Of a stretch of 34,513 bases of DNA, positions 20,223 to 32,293 are shown in pieces. The notes under the pieces are model-generated. The model was given only the letters and a program-made list of their open reading frames with translations, had not been told where the DNA came from and ran no database searches. Position numbers and translations under genes: made by a program. This DNA comes from Nemertoderma westbladi (Eukaryota > Animalia > Xenacoelomorpha), in assembly GCA_032718475.1 (NCBI GenBank), contig JAUCBJ010007472.1, positions 1-34,513 of the forward strand, in the 5' to 3' direction. The stretch's first letter is position 1; every line of letters starts with the position of its first letter.

Positions 20223-21339
20223 GATTTAAATGAAAAAAATCTGATTTAAATCAAATAAATCTGATTAAAATAATAAAAATCTGATTTTTTTGATTAAAAA
20301 AAAAATCATGATTTTTATCAACCCTGCACCCATGACATTTGCTAGATCATCCGCTTCTTCAAGGCCAGTGTCCTTTAAGATGCGTCTCAAGAAAGTCATG
20401 GGCTGTCCACCATGCTTATTCAGTCCATGAGGCTGCCAAAGTATAAGTTTATGCACTGGCTGGTCCTCACGGTGAAAGCAATGTCCTGCAAAGCAGAGGC
20501 GATTTTGTTCTAGTGTCAAGCTTGGGGGAACCAATGAGACACCTCCAATGCTATATAGTGTCTGGTTGGAGATGTGTGCATTGTACTTGACACAATGTAC
20601 CCGGCGTAGCATTCTTGTGAATGTGCCATCCAGAGATTTGGTGTCCTCAGCAGTTAGAGCCCAACATGGACTCTCATAGAGAGGTACTGGAACTACTGCT
20701 GCTCTAAATAATCGGACCTTAAGTTTCCAATTAATTTTCGGTGACTTCCAAATCCTGCAAAGCATATTCTAGGCTGCCCAATGCTTTCCCTTACGTATTC
20801 GAAGGTCCTCACCTGACTTCCGGATCACCAAAGTCTAGATCAGTTAGGTACTTGGCAGGATTTCCTCGACTTCTGGAGCCAGTAGGTGGAGTTATCATCA
20901 CCCCATCATCATTATAATGATCTAAGGACGTGCGTAGAACATAGTCAACCACAATTATGAACAAGAATGGTGCAAGTGTGTCTCCCTGGAGGACGTCCCA
21001 TTACACTTCAAATGGTTCTCTGTCACCGTCAACAGTAGAGACAAATGTTGTCGAACCATCGTATACTGATCTGATTGCTGCAATAATTTCATCAGGAATC
21101 CCATATAATGAAAGTATGCTGAACATACGTGAGAGAGAGACTGAATCAAAGGCCTTGAAGAAGTCAACAAAGATAACAGCCAGATGCCTATCTTTCTTTT
21201 TTGATAACTCTTCAATTATCCTTCCGGTATCCTATGGGCTCCATGGTCCCACGAATGCCGAATTGGCCGAATAAGGATCACGAGACGAATTACAGAAATG
21301 CTGAAATGTTTGATCCTGTTTAAACACTTAGTTAGTAGG

Positions 21340-21612
21340 CCTACAACATGAATAAACCATGCAGTTAGGTGTATAATAATACTGTTCGGGTTTGCAAATA
21401 GCACAACATTAATTTGACCATGCAGTTAGGTGTATAATAATACTGTTCGGGTTTGCAGTTAGATCAACATTAAATAGACCATGCAGTTAGGTGTATAATA
21501 ATACTGTTCGGGTTTGCAGTTAGCACAACATTAATTAGACCTTGCAGTTAGGTGTATAGTAATACTGTTCAGGTTTGCAGTTAGCACAACATTAATAGAC
21601 AATGCAGTTAGG
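21340..21612. repeat. 61-bp tandem repeat, about 4.5 copies
   Basis: ACCATGCAGTTAGGTGTATAATAATACTGTTCGGGTTTGCAGTTAGCACAACATTAA... at 21356, 21417, 21478 and 21539. Confidence 0.92.
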
Positions 21613-21770
21613 GCTATGGTATATGTGTAGTCTTTACCACCCTTGTACTCTAGCGACCTTCCAGAGAATTTGTTAGTTAGGTGTATAGTTGATTTGCATG
21701 CGTCTGGAACAGTTAGCACTTTGGACGAAAAAGAGCACGTTAGCGTTTCGAGTGGTTTGCCGGTATACGT

Positions 21771-23692
21771 GTGGGGGTTTAACTATAAAGGAGTTTAAGG
21801 CAACCGGTGGGTGGGTGGGGCTTTAACTACTGTATAAAGGAGTTTACGGTAACTGGTGGGTGCTGGGGCTTTATCTATAAAGGAGTTTAAGGCAACTGGT
21901 TGGTGGGTGGGGGTTTATCTATAAAGGAGTTTAAGGCAACTGGTTGGTGGGTGGGGGTTTAACTATAAAGGAGTTTAAGGCAACCAGTGGGTGGGTGAGG
22001 GTTTAACTATAAAGGAGTTTAAGGCAACCAGTGGGTGGGTGAGGGTTTAACTATAAAGGAGTTTAAGGCTACTTGGTTTAACTATAAAGGAGTTTACGGC
22101 AACCGGTGGGTGGGTGAGGGTTTAACTATAAAGGAGTTTAAGGCAACCGGTGGGTGGGTGGGTGGGGGTTTAACTATAAAGGAGTTTAAGGCAACCAGTG
22201 GGTGGGTGAGGGTTTAACTATAAAGGAGTTTAAGGCAACCAGTGGGTGGGTGAGGGTTTAACTATAAAGGAGTTTAAGGCAACCAGTGGGTGGGTGAGGG
22301 TTTAACTATAAAGGAGTTTAAGGCAACCAGTGGGTGGGTGAGGGTTTAACTATAAAGGAGTTTAAGGCAACCAGTGGGTGGGTGAGGGTTTAACTATAAA
22401 GGAGTTTAAGGCAACCAGTGGGTGGGTGAGGGTTTAACTATAAAGGAGTTTAAGGCAACCAGTGGGTGGGTGGGGGTTTAACTATAAAGGAGTTTAAGGC
22501 AACCAGTGGGTGGGTGAGGGTTTAACTATAAAGGAGTTTAAGGCAACCAGTGGGTGGGTGAGGGTTTAACTATAAAGGAGTTTAAGGCAACCAGTGGGTG
22601 GGTGAGGGTTTAACTATAAAGGAGTTTAAGGCAACCAGTGGGTGGGTGGGGGTTTAACTATAAAGGAGTTTAAGGCAACCGGTGGGTGGGTGGGTGGGGG
22701 TTTAACTATAAAGGAGTTTACAGCAACCGGTGGGTGGGGCTTTATCTATAAAGGAGTTTATGGCAACCGGTGGGTGCATGGGGGTTTAACTATAAAGGAG
22801 TTTAAGGCAACCGGTGGGTGGGATGATGGGGGTTTAACTATAAAGGAGCTTACAGCAACCGGTGGGTGGGGGTTTAACTATAAAGGAGTTTAAGGCAACC
22901 AGTGGGTGGGTGAGGGTTTAACTATAAAGGAGTTTAAGGCAACCAGTGGGTGGGTGAGGGTTTAACTATAAAGGAGTTTAAGGCAACCGGTGGGTGGGTG
23001 GGGCTTTATCTATAAAGGAGTTTACAGGCAACAGTTGGGTGGGTGGGGGTTTAACTATAAAGGAGTTTACAGCAACCGGTGGGTGGGGCTTTATCTATAA
23101 AGGAGTTTATGGCAACCGGTGGGTGCATGGGGGTTTAACTATAAAGGAGTTTAAGGCAACCGGTGGGTGGGATGATGGGGGTTTAACTATAAAGGAGTTT
23201 ACAGCAACCGGTGGGTGGGGCTTTATCTATAAAGGAGTTTAAGGCAACTGGTTGGTGGGTGGGGGTTTATCTATAAAGGAGTTTAAGGCAACTGGTTGGT
23301 GGGTGGGGGTTTAACTATAAAGGAGTTTAAGGCAACCAGTGGGTGGGTGAGGGTTTAACTATAAAGGAGTTTAAGGCAACCAGTGGGTGGGTGGGGGTTT
23401 AACTATCAAGGAGTTTAAGGCAACCAGTGGGTGGGTGAGGGTTTAACTATAAAGGAGTTTAAGGCAACCGGTGGGTGGGTGGGTGGGGGTTTAACTATAA
23501 AGGAGTTTACAGCAACCGGTGGGTGGGGCTTTATCTATAAAGGAGTTTAAGGCAACCAGTGGGTGGGTGAGGGTTTAACTATAAAGGAGTTTAAGGCAAC
23601 CAGTGGGTGGGTGAGGGTTTAACTATAAAGGAGTTTAAGGCAACCAGTGGGTGGGTGAGGGTTTAACTATAAAGGAGTTTAAGGCAACCAGT
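21771..23692. repeat. 44-bp G-rich satellite (GGGTTTAACTATAAAGGAGTTTAAGGCAACCAGTGGGTGGGTGA)
   Basis: 44-bp period with GGGT copy-number variants. The array ends abruptly at the adapter. Confidence 0.96.
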
Positions 23693-23694
23693 TG

Positions 23695-23746
23695 AGTACT
23701 CTGCGTTGATACCACTGCTTAAGCAGTGGTATCAACGCAGAGTACT
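23695..23746. other. Library adapter dimer (SMART / PacBio ultra-low-input amplification adapter); technical artefact
   Basis: AGTACTCTGCGTTGATACCACTGCTT (23695-23720) followed by AAGCAGTGGTATCAACGCAGAGTACT (23721-23746). This is a perfect 52-bp palindrome identical to the known primer, sitting between two unrelated satellites. Confidence 0.97.
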
Positions 23747-26700
23747 AACGTGTGTAATGGCTGCACCCAGAACCATTGATCGTGTTCTATACTGGTGTGT
23801 CGTTGTAACGTGTGTAATGGCTGCACCCAGAACCATTGATCGTGTTCGTGTTCTATATGGGTGTGTCGTTGTAACGTGTGTAATGGCTGCACCCAGAACC
23901 ATTGATCGTGTTCTATACGGGTGTGTCGTTGTAACGTGTGTAATGGCGGCACCCAGAACCATTGATCGTGTTCTATATGGGTGTGTCGTTGTAACGTGTG
24001 TAATGGTGGCACCCAGAACCATTGATCGTGTTCTATATGGGTGTGTCGTTGTAACGTGTGTAATGGCGGCACCCAGAATCATTGATCGTGTTCTATACGG
24101 GTGTGTAATGGCGGCACCCAGAACCATTGATCGTGTTCTATATGGGTGTGTCGTTGTAACGTGTGTAATGGTGGCACCCAGAACCATTGATCGTGTTCTA
24201 TATGGGTGTGTCGTTGTAATGTGTGTAATGGCTGCACCCAGAATCATTGATCGTGTTCTATACGGGTGTGTCGTTGTAACGTGTGTTAATGGCGGCACCC
24301 AGAACCATTGATCGTGTTCTATATGTGTGTCTCCTTGTAACGTGTGAAATGGTGGCACCCAGAACCATTGATCGTGTTCTATATGGGTGTGTCGTTGTAA
24401 CGTGTGTAATGGCTGCACCCAGAATCATTGATCGTGTTCTATACGGGTGTGTCGTTGTAACGTGTGTTAATGGCGGCACCCAGAACCATTGATCGTGTTC
24501 TATATGTGTCTCCTTGTAACGTGTGAAATGGTGGCACCCAGAACCATTGATCGTGTTCTATATGGGTGTGTCGTTGTAACGTGTGTAATGGCGGCACCCA
24601 GAACCATTGATCGTGTTCTATATGGATGTGTCGTTGTAACGTGTGTAATGGCGGCACCCAGAACCATTGATCGTGTTCTATACGGGTGTGTCGTTGTAAC
24701 GTGTGTAATGGCGGCACCCAGAACCATTGATCGTGTTCTATATGGGTGTGTCGTTGTAACGTGTGTAATGGTGGCACCCAGAACCATTGATCGTGTTCTA
24801 TATGGGTGTGTCGTTGTAACGTGTGTAATGGCGGCACCCAGAATCATTGATCGTGTTCTATACGGGTGTGTAATGGCGGCACCCAGAACCATTGATCGTG
24901 TTCTATATGGGTGTGTCGTTGTAACGTGTGTAATGGTGGCACCCAGAACCATTGATCGTGTTCTATATGGGTGTGTCGTTGTAATGTGTGTAATGGCTGC
25001 ACCCAGAATCATTGATCGTGTTCTATACGGGTGTGTCGTTGTAACGTGTGTTAATGGCGGCACCCAGAACCATTGATCGTGTTCTATACGGGTGTGTCGT
25101 TGTAACGTGTGAAATGGCGGCACCCAGAACCATTGATCGTGTTCTATATGTGTGTCTCCTTGTAACGTGTGAAATGGTGGCACCCAGAACCATTGATCGT
25201 GTTCTATATGGGTGTGTCGTTGTAACGTGTGTAATGGCTGCACCCAGAATCATTGATCGTGTTCTATACGGGTGTGTCGTTGTAACGTGTGTTAATGGCG
25301 GCACCCAGAACCATTGATCGTGTTCTATATGTGTCTCCTTGTAACGTGTGAAATGGTGGCACCCAGAACCATTGATCGTGTTCTATATGGGTGTGTCGTT
25401 GTAACGTGTGTAATGGCGGCACCCAGAACCATTGATCGTGTTCTATATGGATGTGTCGTTGTAACGTGTGTAATGGCGGCACCCAGAACCATTGATCGTG
25501 TTCTATATGGATGTGTCGTTGTAACGTGTGTAATGTCGGCACCCAGAACCATTGATCGTGTTCTATACGGGTGTGTCATTGTAACGTGTGTAATGGCGGC
25601 ACCCAGAACCATTGATCGTGTTCTATACGGGTGTGTCGTTGTAACGTGTGTAATGGCTGCACCCAGAACCATTGATCGTGTTCTATACGGGTGTGTTGTT
25701 GTAACGTGTGTAATGGCTGCACCCAGAACCATTGATCGTGTTCTATACGGGTGTGTCGTTGTAACGTGTGTAATGGCGGCACCCAGAACCATTGATCGTG
25801 TTCTATATGGGTGTGTCGTTGTAACGTGTGTAATGGCGGCACCCAGAACCATTGATCGTGTTCTATTACGGGTGTGTCGTTGTAACGTGTGTAATGGCTG
25901 CACCCAGAACCATTGATCGTGTTCTATACGGGTGTGTCGTTGTAACGTGTGTAATGGCGGCACCCAGAACCATTGATCGTGTTCTATACGGGTGTGTCGT
26001 TGTAACGTGTGTAATGGCGGCACCCAGAATTATTGATCGTGTTCTATATGGGATGGGTGTGTCGTTGTAACGTGTGTAATGGCGGCACCCAGAATCATTG
26101 ATCGTGTTCTATATGGGTGTGTCGTTGTAACGTGTGTAATGGCGGCACCCAGAATCATTGATCGTGTTCTATACGGGTGTGTAATGGCGGCACCCAGAAT
26201 CATTGATCGTGTTCTATACGGGTGTGTCGTTGTAACGTGTGAAATGGATGCACCCGGAACCATTGATCGTGTTCTATACGGGTGTGTCGTTGTAACGTGT
26301 GTAATGGCGGCACCCAGAACCATTGATCGTGTTCTATATGGGTGTGTCGTTGTAACGTGTGTAATGGCGGCACCCAGAACCATTGATCGTGTTCTATACG
26401 GGTGTGTCGTTGTAACGTGTGTAATGGCTGCACCCAGAACCATTGATCGTGTTCTATACTGGTGTGTCGTTGTAACGTGTGTAATGGCGGCACCCAGAAC
26501 CATTGATCGTGTTCTATACGGGTGTGTCGTTGTAACGTGTGTAATGGCTGCACCCAGAACCATTGATCGTGTTCTATATGGGTGTGTCGTTGTAACGTGT
26601 GTAATGGCTGCACCCAGAACCATTGATCGTGTTCTATACGGGTGTGTTGTTGTAACGTGTGTAATGGCGGCACACAGAACCATTGATCATGTTCTATATG

Positions 26701-29700
26701 GGTGTGTCGTTGTAACGTGTGTAATGGTGGCACCCAGAACCATTGATCGTGTTCTATATGGGTGTGTCGTTGTAACGTGTGTAATGGCGGCACCCAGAAT
26801 CATTGATCGTGTTCTATACGGGTGTGTAATGGCGGCACCCAGAACCATTGATCGTGTTCTATATGGGTGTGTCGTTGTAACGTGTGTAATGGTGGCACCC
26901 AGAACCATTGATCGTGTTCTATATGGGTGTGCGTTGTAACGTGTGTAATGGCGGCACCCAGAACCATTGATCGTGTTCTATATGGGTGTGTCGTTGTAAC
27001 GTGTGTAATGGCGGCACCCAGAACCATTGATCGTGTTCTATATGGGTGTGTCGTTGTAACGTGTGTAATGGCTGCACCCAGAACCATTGATCGTGTTCTA
27101 TACGGGTGTGTCATTGTAACGTGTGTAATGGCGGCACCCAGAACCATTGATCGTGTTCTATACGGGTGTGTCGTTGTAACGTGTGTAATGGCTGCACCCA
27201 GAACCATTGATCGTGTTCTATACGGGTGTGTCGTTGTAACGTGTGTAATGGCTGCACCCAGAACCATTGATCGTGTTCTATACGGGTGTGTCGTTGTAAC
27301 GTGTGTAATGGCGGCACCCAGAACCATTGATCGTGTTCTATATGGGTGTGTCGTTGTAACGTGTGTAATGGCTGCACCCAGAACCATTGATCGTGTTCTA
27401 TACGGGTGTGTTGTTGTAACGTGTGTAATGGCTGCACCCAGAACCATTGATTGTGTTCTATACGGGTATGTCGTTGTAACGTGTGTAATGGCGGCACCCA
27501 GAACCATTGATCGTGTTCTATATGGGTGTGTCGTTGTAACGTGTGTAATGGCGGCACCCAGAACCATTGATCGTGTTCTATTACGGGTGTGTCGTTGTAA
27601 CGTGTGTAATGGCTGCACCCAGAACCATTGATCGTGTTCTATACGGGTGTGTCGTTGTAACGTGTGTAATGGCGGCACCCAGAACCATTGATCGTGTTCT
27701 ATACGGGTGTGTCGTTGTAACGTGTGTAATGGCGGCACCCAGAATTATTGATCGTGTTCTATATGGGATGGGTGTGTCGTTGTAACGTGTGTAATGGCGG
27801 CACCCAGAATCATTGATCGTGTTCTATATGGGTGTGTCGTTGTAACGTGTGTAATGGCGGCACCCAGAATCATTGATCGTGTTCTATACGGGTGTGTAAT
27901 GGCGGCACCCAGAATCATTGATCGTGTTCTATACGGGTGTGTCGTTGTAACGTGTGAAATGGATGCACCCGGAACCATTGATCGTGTTCTATACGGGTGT
28001 GTCGTTGTAACGTGTGTAATGGCGGCACCCAGAACCATTGATCGTGTTCTATATGGGTGTGTCGTTGTAACGTGTGTAATGGCGGCACCCAGAACCATTG
28101 ATCGTGTTCTATACGGGTGTGTCGTTGTAACGTGTGTAATGGCTGCACCCAGAACCATTGATCGTGTTCTATACTGGTGTGTCGTTGTAACGTGTGTAAT
28201 GGCGGCACCCAGAACCATTGATCGTGTTCTATACGGGTGTGTCGTTGTAACGTGTGTAATGGCTGCACCCAGAACCATTGATCGTGTTCTATATGGGTGT
28301 GTCGTTGTAACGTGTGTAATGGCTGCACCCAGAACCATTGATCGTGTTCTATACGGGTGTGTTGTTGTAACGTGTGTAATGGCGGCACCCAGAACCATTG
28401 ATCATGTTCTATATGGGTGTGTCGTTGTAACGTGTGTAATGGTGGCACCCAGAACCATTGATCGTGTTCTATATGGGTGTGTCGTTGTAACGTGTGTAAT
28501 GGCGGCACCCAGAATCATTGATCGTGTTCTATACGGGTGTGTAATGGCGGCACCCAGAACCATTGATCGTGTTCTATATGGGTGTGTCGTTGTAACGTGT
28601 GTAATGGTGGCACCCAGAACCATTGATCGTGTTCTATATGGGTGTGCGTTGTAACGTGTGTAATGGCGGCACCCAGAACCATTGATCGTGTTCTATATGG
28701 GTGTGTCGTTGTAACGTGTGTAATGGCGGCACCCAGAACCATTGATCGTGTTCTATATGGGTGTGTCGTTGTAACGTGTGTAATGGCTGCACCCAGAACC
28801 ATTGATCGTGTTCTATACGGGTGTGTCGTTGTAACGTGTGTAATGGCGGCACCCAGAACCATTGATCGTGTTCTATACGGGTGTGTCGTTGTAACGTGTG
28901 TAATGGCTGCACCCAGAACCATTGATCGTGTTCTATATGGGTGTGTCGTTGTAACGTGTGTAATGGCTGCACCCAGAACCATTGATCGTGTTCTATACGG
29001 GTGTGTCGTTGTAACGTGTGTAATGGCGGCACCCAGAACCATTGATCGTGTTCTATATGGGTGTGTCGTTGTAACGTGTGTAATGGTGGCACCCAGAACC
29101 ATTGATCGTGTTCTATATGGGTGTGTCGTTGTAACGTGTGTAATGGCGGCACCCAGAATCATTGATCGTGTTCTATACGGGTGTGTAATGGCGGCACCCA
29201 GAACCATTGATCGTGTTCTATATGGGTGTGTCGTTGTAACGTGTGTAATGGTGGCACCCAGAACCATTGATCGTGTTCTATATGGGTGTGTCGTTGTAAC
29301 GTGTGTAATGGCTGCACCCAGAATCATTGATCGTGTTCTATACGGGTGTGTCGTTGTAACGTGTTAATGGCGGCACCCAGAACCATTGATCGTGTTCTAT
29401 ATGTGTGTCTCCTTGTAACGTGTGAAATGGTGGCACCCAGAACCATTGATCGTGTTCTATATGGGTGTGTCGTTGTAACGTGTGTAATGGCTGCACCCAG
29501 AATCATTGATCGTGTTCTATACGGGTGTGTCGTTGTAACGTGTGTTAATGGCGGCACCCAGCAGAACCATTGATCGTGTTCTATATGTGTCTCCTTGTAA
29601 CGTGTGAAATGGTGGCACCCAGAACCATTGATCGTGTTCTATATGGGTGTGTCGTTGTAACGTGTGAAATGGTGGCACCCAGAACCATTGATCGTGTTCT

Positions 29701-29887
29701 ATATGGGTGTGTCGTTGTAACGTGTGTAATGGCTGCACCCAGAATCATTGATCGTGTTCTATACGGGTGTGTCGTTGTAACGTGTGTTAATGGCGGCACC
29801 CAGAACCATTGATCGTGTTCTATACGGGTGTGTCGTTGTAACGTGTGTAATGGCGGCACCCAGAACCATTGATCGTGTTCTATATGT
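23747..29887. repeat. 60-bp satellite (GTAACGTGTGTAATGGCGGCACCCAGAACCATTGATCGTGTTCTATAYGGGTGTGTCGTT), left block
   Basis: Highly homogeneous 60-bp period with recurrent 45-bp deletion monomers and a 1715-bp higher-order duplication. Confidence 0.98.
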
Positions 29888-32293
29888 GGGTCAATAAGCT
29901 TAAAAGTGGCCAAAAAGTGGTACAAATTGACCGAAAAATTTTTGTCGGAAATTAGTGCCATACCATACACCATTCGAAAGATAATTTCATGGCGAATCTT
30001 GTGATGGTAGAGGGAGAGCATGACGCGCCGCTCAAAGGGAGATATATGGCAAAAACTAATGTTATATCTGTAACGTTTTTGTCTACCACTGTAACGCATT
30101 ACAGTGATGACATTTATGGGACAAACGTCTGTAACGGCCATCTGTAACGGTAATTATGTTATATGGATTTTGCAGTATTTATAACTTATTGCTTCGACAA
30201 TAAGGTAATTTATTGGACAAACATCTGTAACAAACAGCGATATCTGCCCATAACCATCGCATCCACTAAATTATATGTACTTAATACACAAGATTTCAAT
30301 AAATAGAAAATGTTTTTCATTAACATTTTTCTGTGTAACCGATAATCTTGTTTTACACGATTTTTTTTATCACGTTTTAAATTTTCTCTATCGCGCCGCT
30401 TTTTATATGCTTGTTTAAAATACTCTGTATAACAACCGCGCGGTCCATTTTTTCTCTGTACTTATTTAACCGCTCCCTGGCGTTTCTCTGCAACTGATTC
30501 AGAGACGTCCATTACCTCATCCAATAAACGGATTTGACTAAACTTATCACAATAATATAAGTAAGTGAGTGATGTTAAGCCAATGATTTCGAAATTGATA
30601 GTAAAATATAGGCCTTTTATACGCATTAGAGTATTTAATCATTAGAGTAAACTATAATCTTACATTGAAGTTACACAAGACTCACTGATAACACTCACTG
30701 GATTATTTACTTTTGTTTATTTATTGCTTCATGTCAGATGAAATTAGACATACAAATTTATTGAACTCTATCTATATACTGTACGTCTGCAGACCCAAAA
30801 CGAAAAACAAAACATTGGGCAAAGTACCGTCCGTACAATATATTGTATGTTAAAAAAAACACTGTTTGTAGGAAATGTATCTTCTACAATTCTAAACGAA
30901 ATAAAGCGAAATTTTCCAGAAAGCACATTTTATTAATACATAAAATTTATAGGATGGAGATTGTATATACTTTGCAATTAATTCCTAGATTAAGATTACT
31001 TAGCACGGACCCAGAAGCTCTGGATTCATACCAATTTCATATGTGAAGTGAATCTGCGCTTTACTCCCCAGAATCCACAATCACCTCTTCCCGGATAGAG
31101 ATAAACATGAATCCGTGTTTTACTCCCCTTACGGGATCCAGTAACACTTGACAATGAAAATTAGCTTGAATTCGCATTTTGCATTCATTTCCGGATTTCA
31201 TGAAAATCCGGATCCGCGTTTTAACCCCAAAATCCTAGTACCGATCCGGATCCTGCATCCAGTTCCGCGTTTTACACTTACCCATCTTACACTACCACAT
31301 TACCATGAGCAGTTAGGATGTCAGTAGGAAGACTAAGAACGTATCAAACGCGTAGGCATTCAAATAGTGTCAGTGATGCCTTATTGTATTTCAGGATGAC
31401 ACTCCGTTACAGATAGGACTGTCATACAGATTGGACTGAAAACCTACAGTCTGTAACGCATCGATAACTGGTTATATAATGCGTTACAGATGAGACATGC
31501 CCGATCTGTAACGCACTGCACTGTAACGGTGACGCGTTACAGATGGTTGACAAAAACGCTTACCACGGCCATACATCCTAGGTGTTTATATATCACATTA
31601 ACTCTTGGGGTTGATGCGGCATAAATTCAAATTGCCTTTCCACACGTACCATTATACTTGTATGAGATTAATATTATCAAAATCTATGGCCACATTTGTA
31701 GCGTTACAGATATGGACGTTTATGCTTTCTATATTGACTTTGTTAAACATAAATGCTTCCCAAATGAGATGACCTTCACCTTTGTATGTGATATTTGGCC
31801 TATATATGTTAGAAACCCTGTTGATTCTAAATATATCAAAACTGAAAACCTACAGTTACTACTTCAGATTCTAGACGTAAATGTTACAGATGTGACACAA
31901 AAATTGAAAAATCCATGCCCATTTTATGTATCGATCTCAAATGGTTCAATATGAATATTATGGCCTGAAATATATCGGAAAAGAAAGCAAAACATCTAAG
32001 CTTCCCAACAATATATAGGTTTCCTATATATTTGCCACTTGGGGTAATAAAATTTACAGTTGTTTGTGGTCTTGTCACGTAAGGGACAACTGATTTTCAC
32101 GATATTTCAGTCTTTGATGGGGCATATCTTTTGACTGCCTTTACAGATTTTGATAATTTTTAGTGCGTAAGCTGCGCAAATAAATTAGCTACAAAATAAT
32201 ATATAACTTTATTATATACGAATAAATTAAAGCATTTAAAATTATATCGTAACTTCCGGACAAACCATTGGCCACTTTTAAGCTTATTGACCC
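29888..32293. mobile_element. Non-autonomous DNA transposon (2406 bp), Sola2-like, inserted in the 60-bp satellite
   Basis: Perfect 26-bp TIRs GGGTCAATAAGCTTAAAAGTGGCCAA (29888-29913 / 32268-32293) and a 4-bp TSD ATGT (29884-29887 / 32294-32297). Removing the element restores the monomer. TCTGTAAC motifs cluster left and GTTACAGA motifs right. No transposase ORF. Confidence 0.88.

Larger units (their letters stand above)
19064..20326. mobile_element. Non-autonomous hAT element
   Basis: Termini CAGGGTTG / CAACCCTG, exact 8-bp TSD CACCCATG at 19056-19063 and 20327-20334, and subterminal GATTTAAAT / AATC repeats. Confidence 0.92.
19003..21230 (-). mobile_element. Decayed RTE-clade LINE, split by a hAT insertion and internally deleted
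   Basis: RT motifs IFVDFFKAFDSV, LQGDTLAPFLFIIVVDYVL, YLTDLDFGD, then LFRAAVVPVPLY and RLCFAGHC. The C-terminus NVMG|DRELWRRNF...* continues at 19055-19003 across the hAT element. Stops and frameshifts are present. Confidence 0.88.

Noticed and set aside
12773-20830. The segment deleted from the RTE at ~20820 roughly equals the 5' part retained in the RTE at 12773-12970
   Set aside because: The two LINEs are clearly different families at protein level, so this is treated as coincidence.
23695-23746. Perfect palindrome as a biological boundary, recombination site or hairpin telomere
   Set aside because: It is an exact match to a synthetic library primer in dimer form.
30843-32078. Short ORFs inside the Sola2-like element as transposase remnants
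   Set aside because: They are under 100 aa, AT-rich, and show no DDE/D or DNA-binding motifs that I can recognise.
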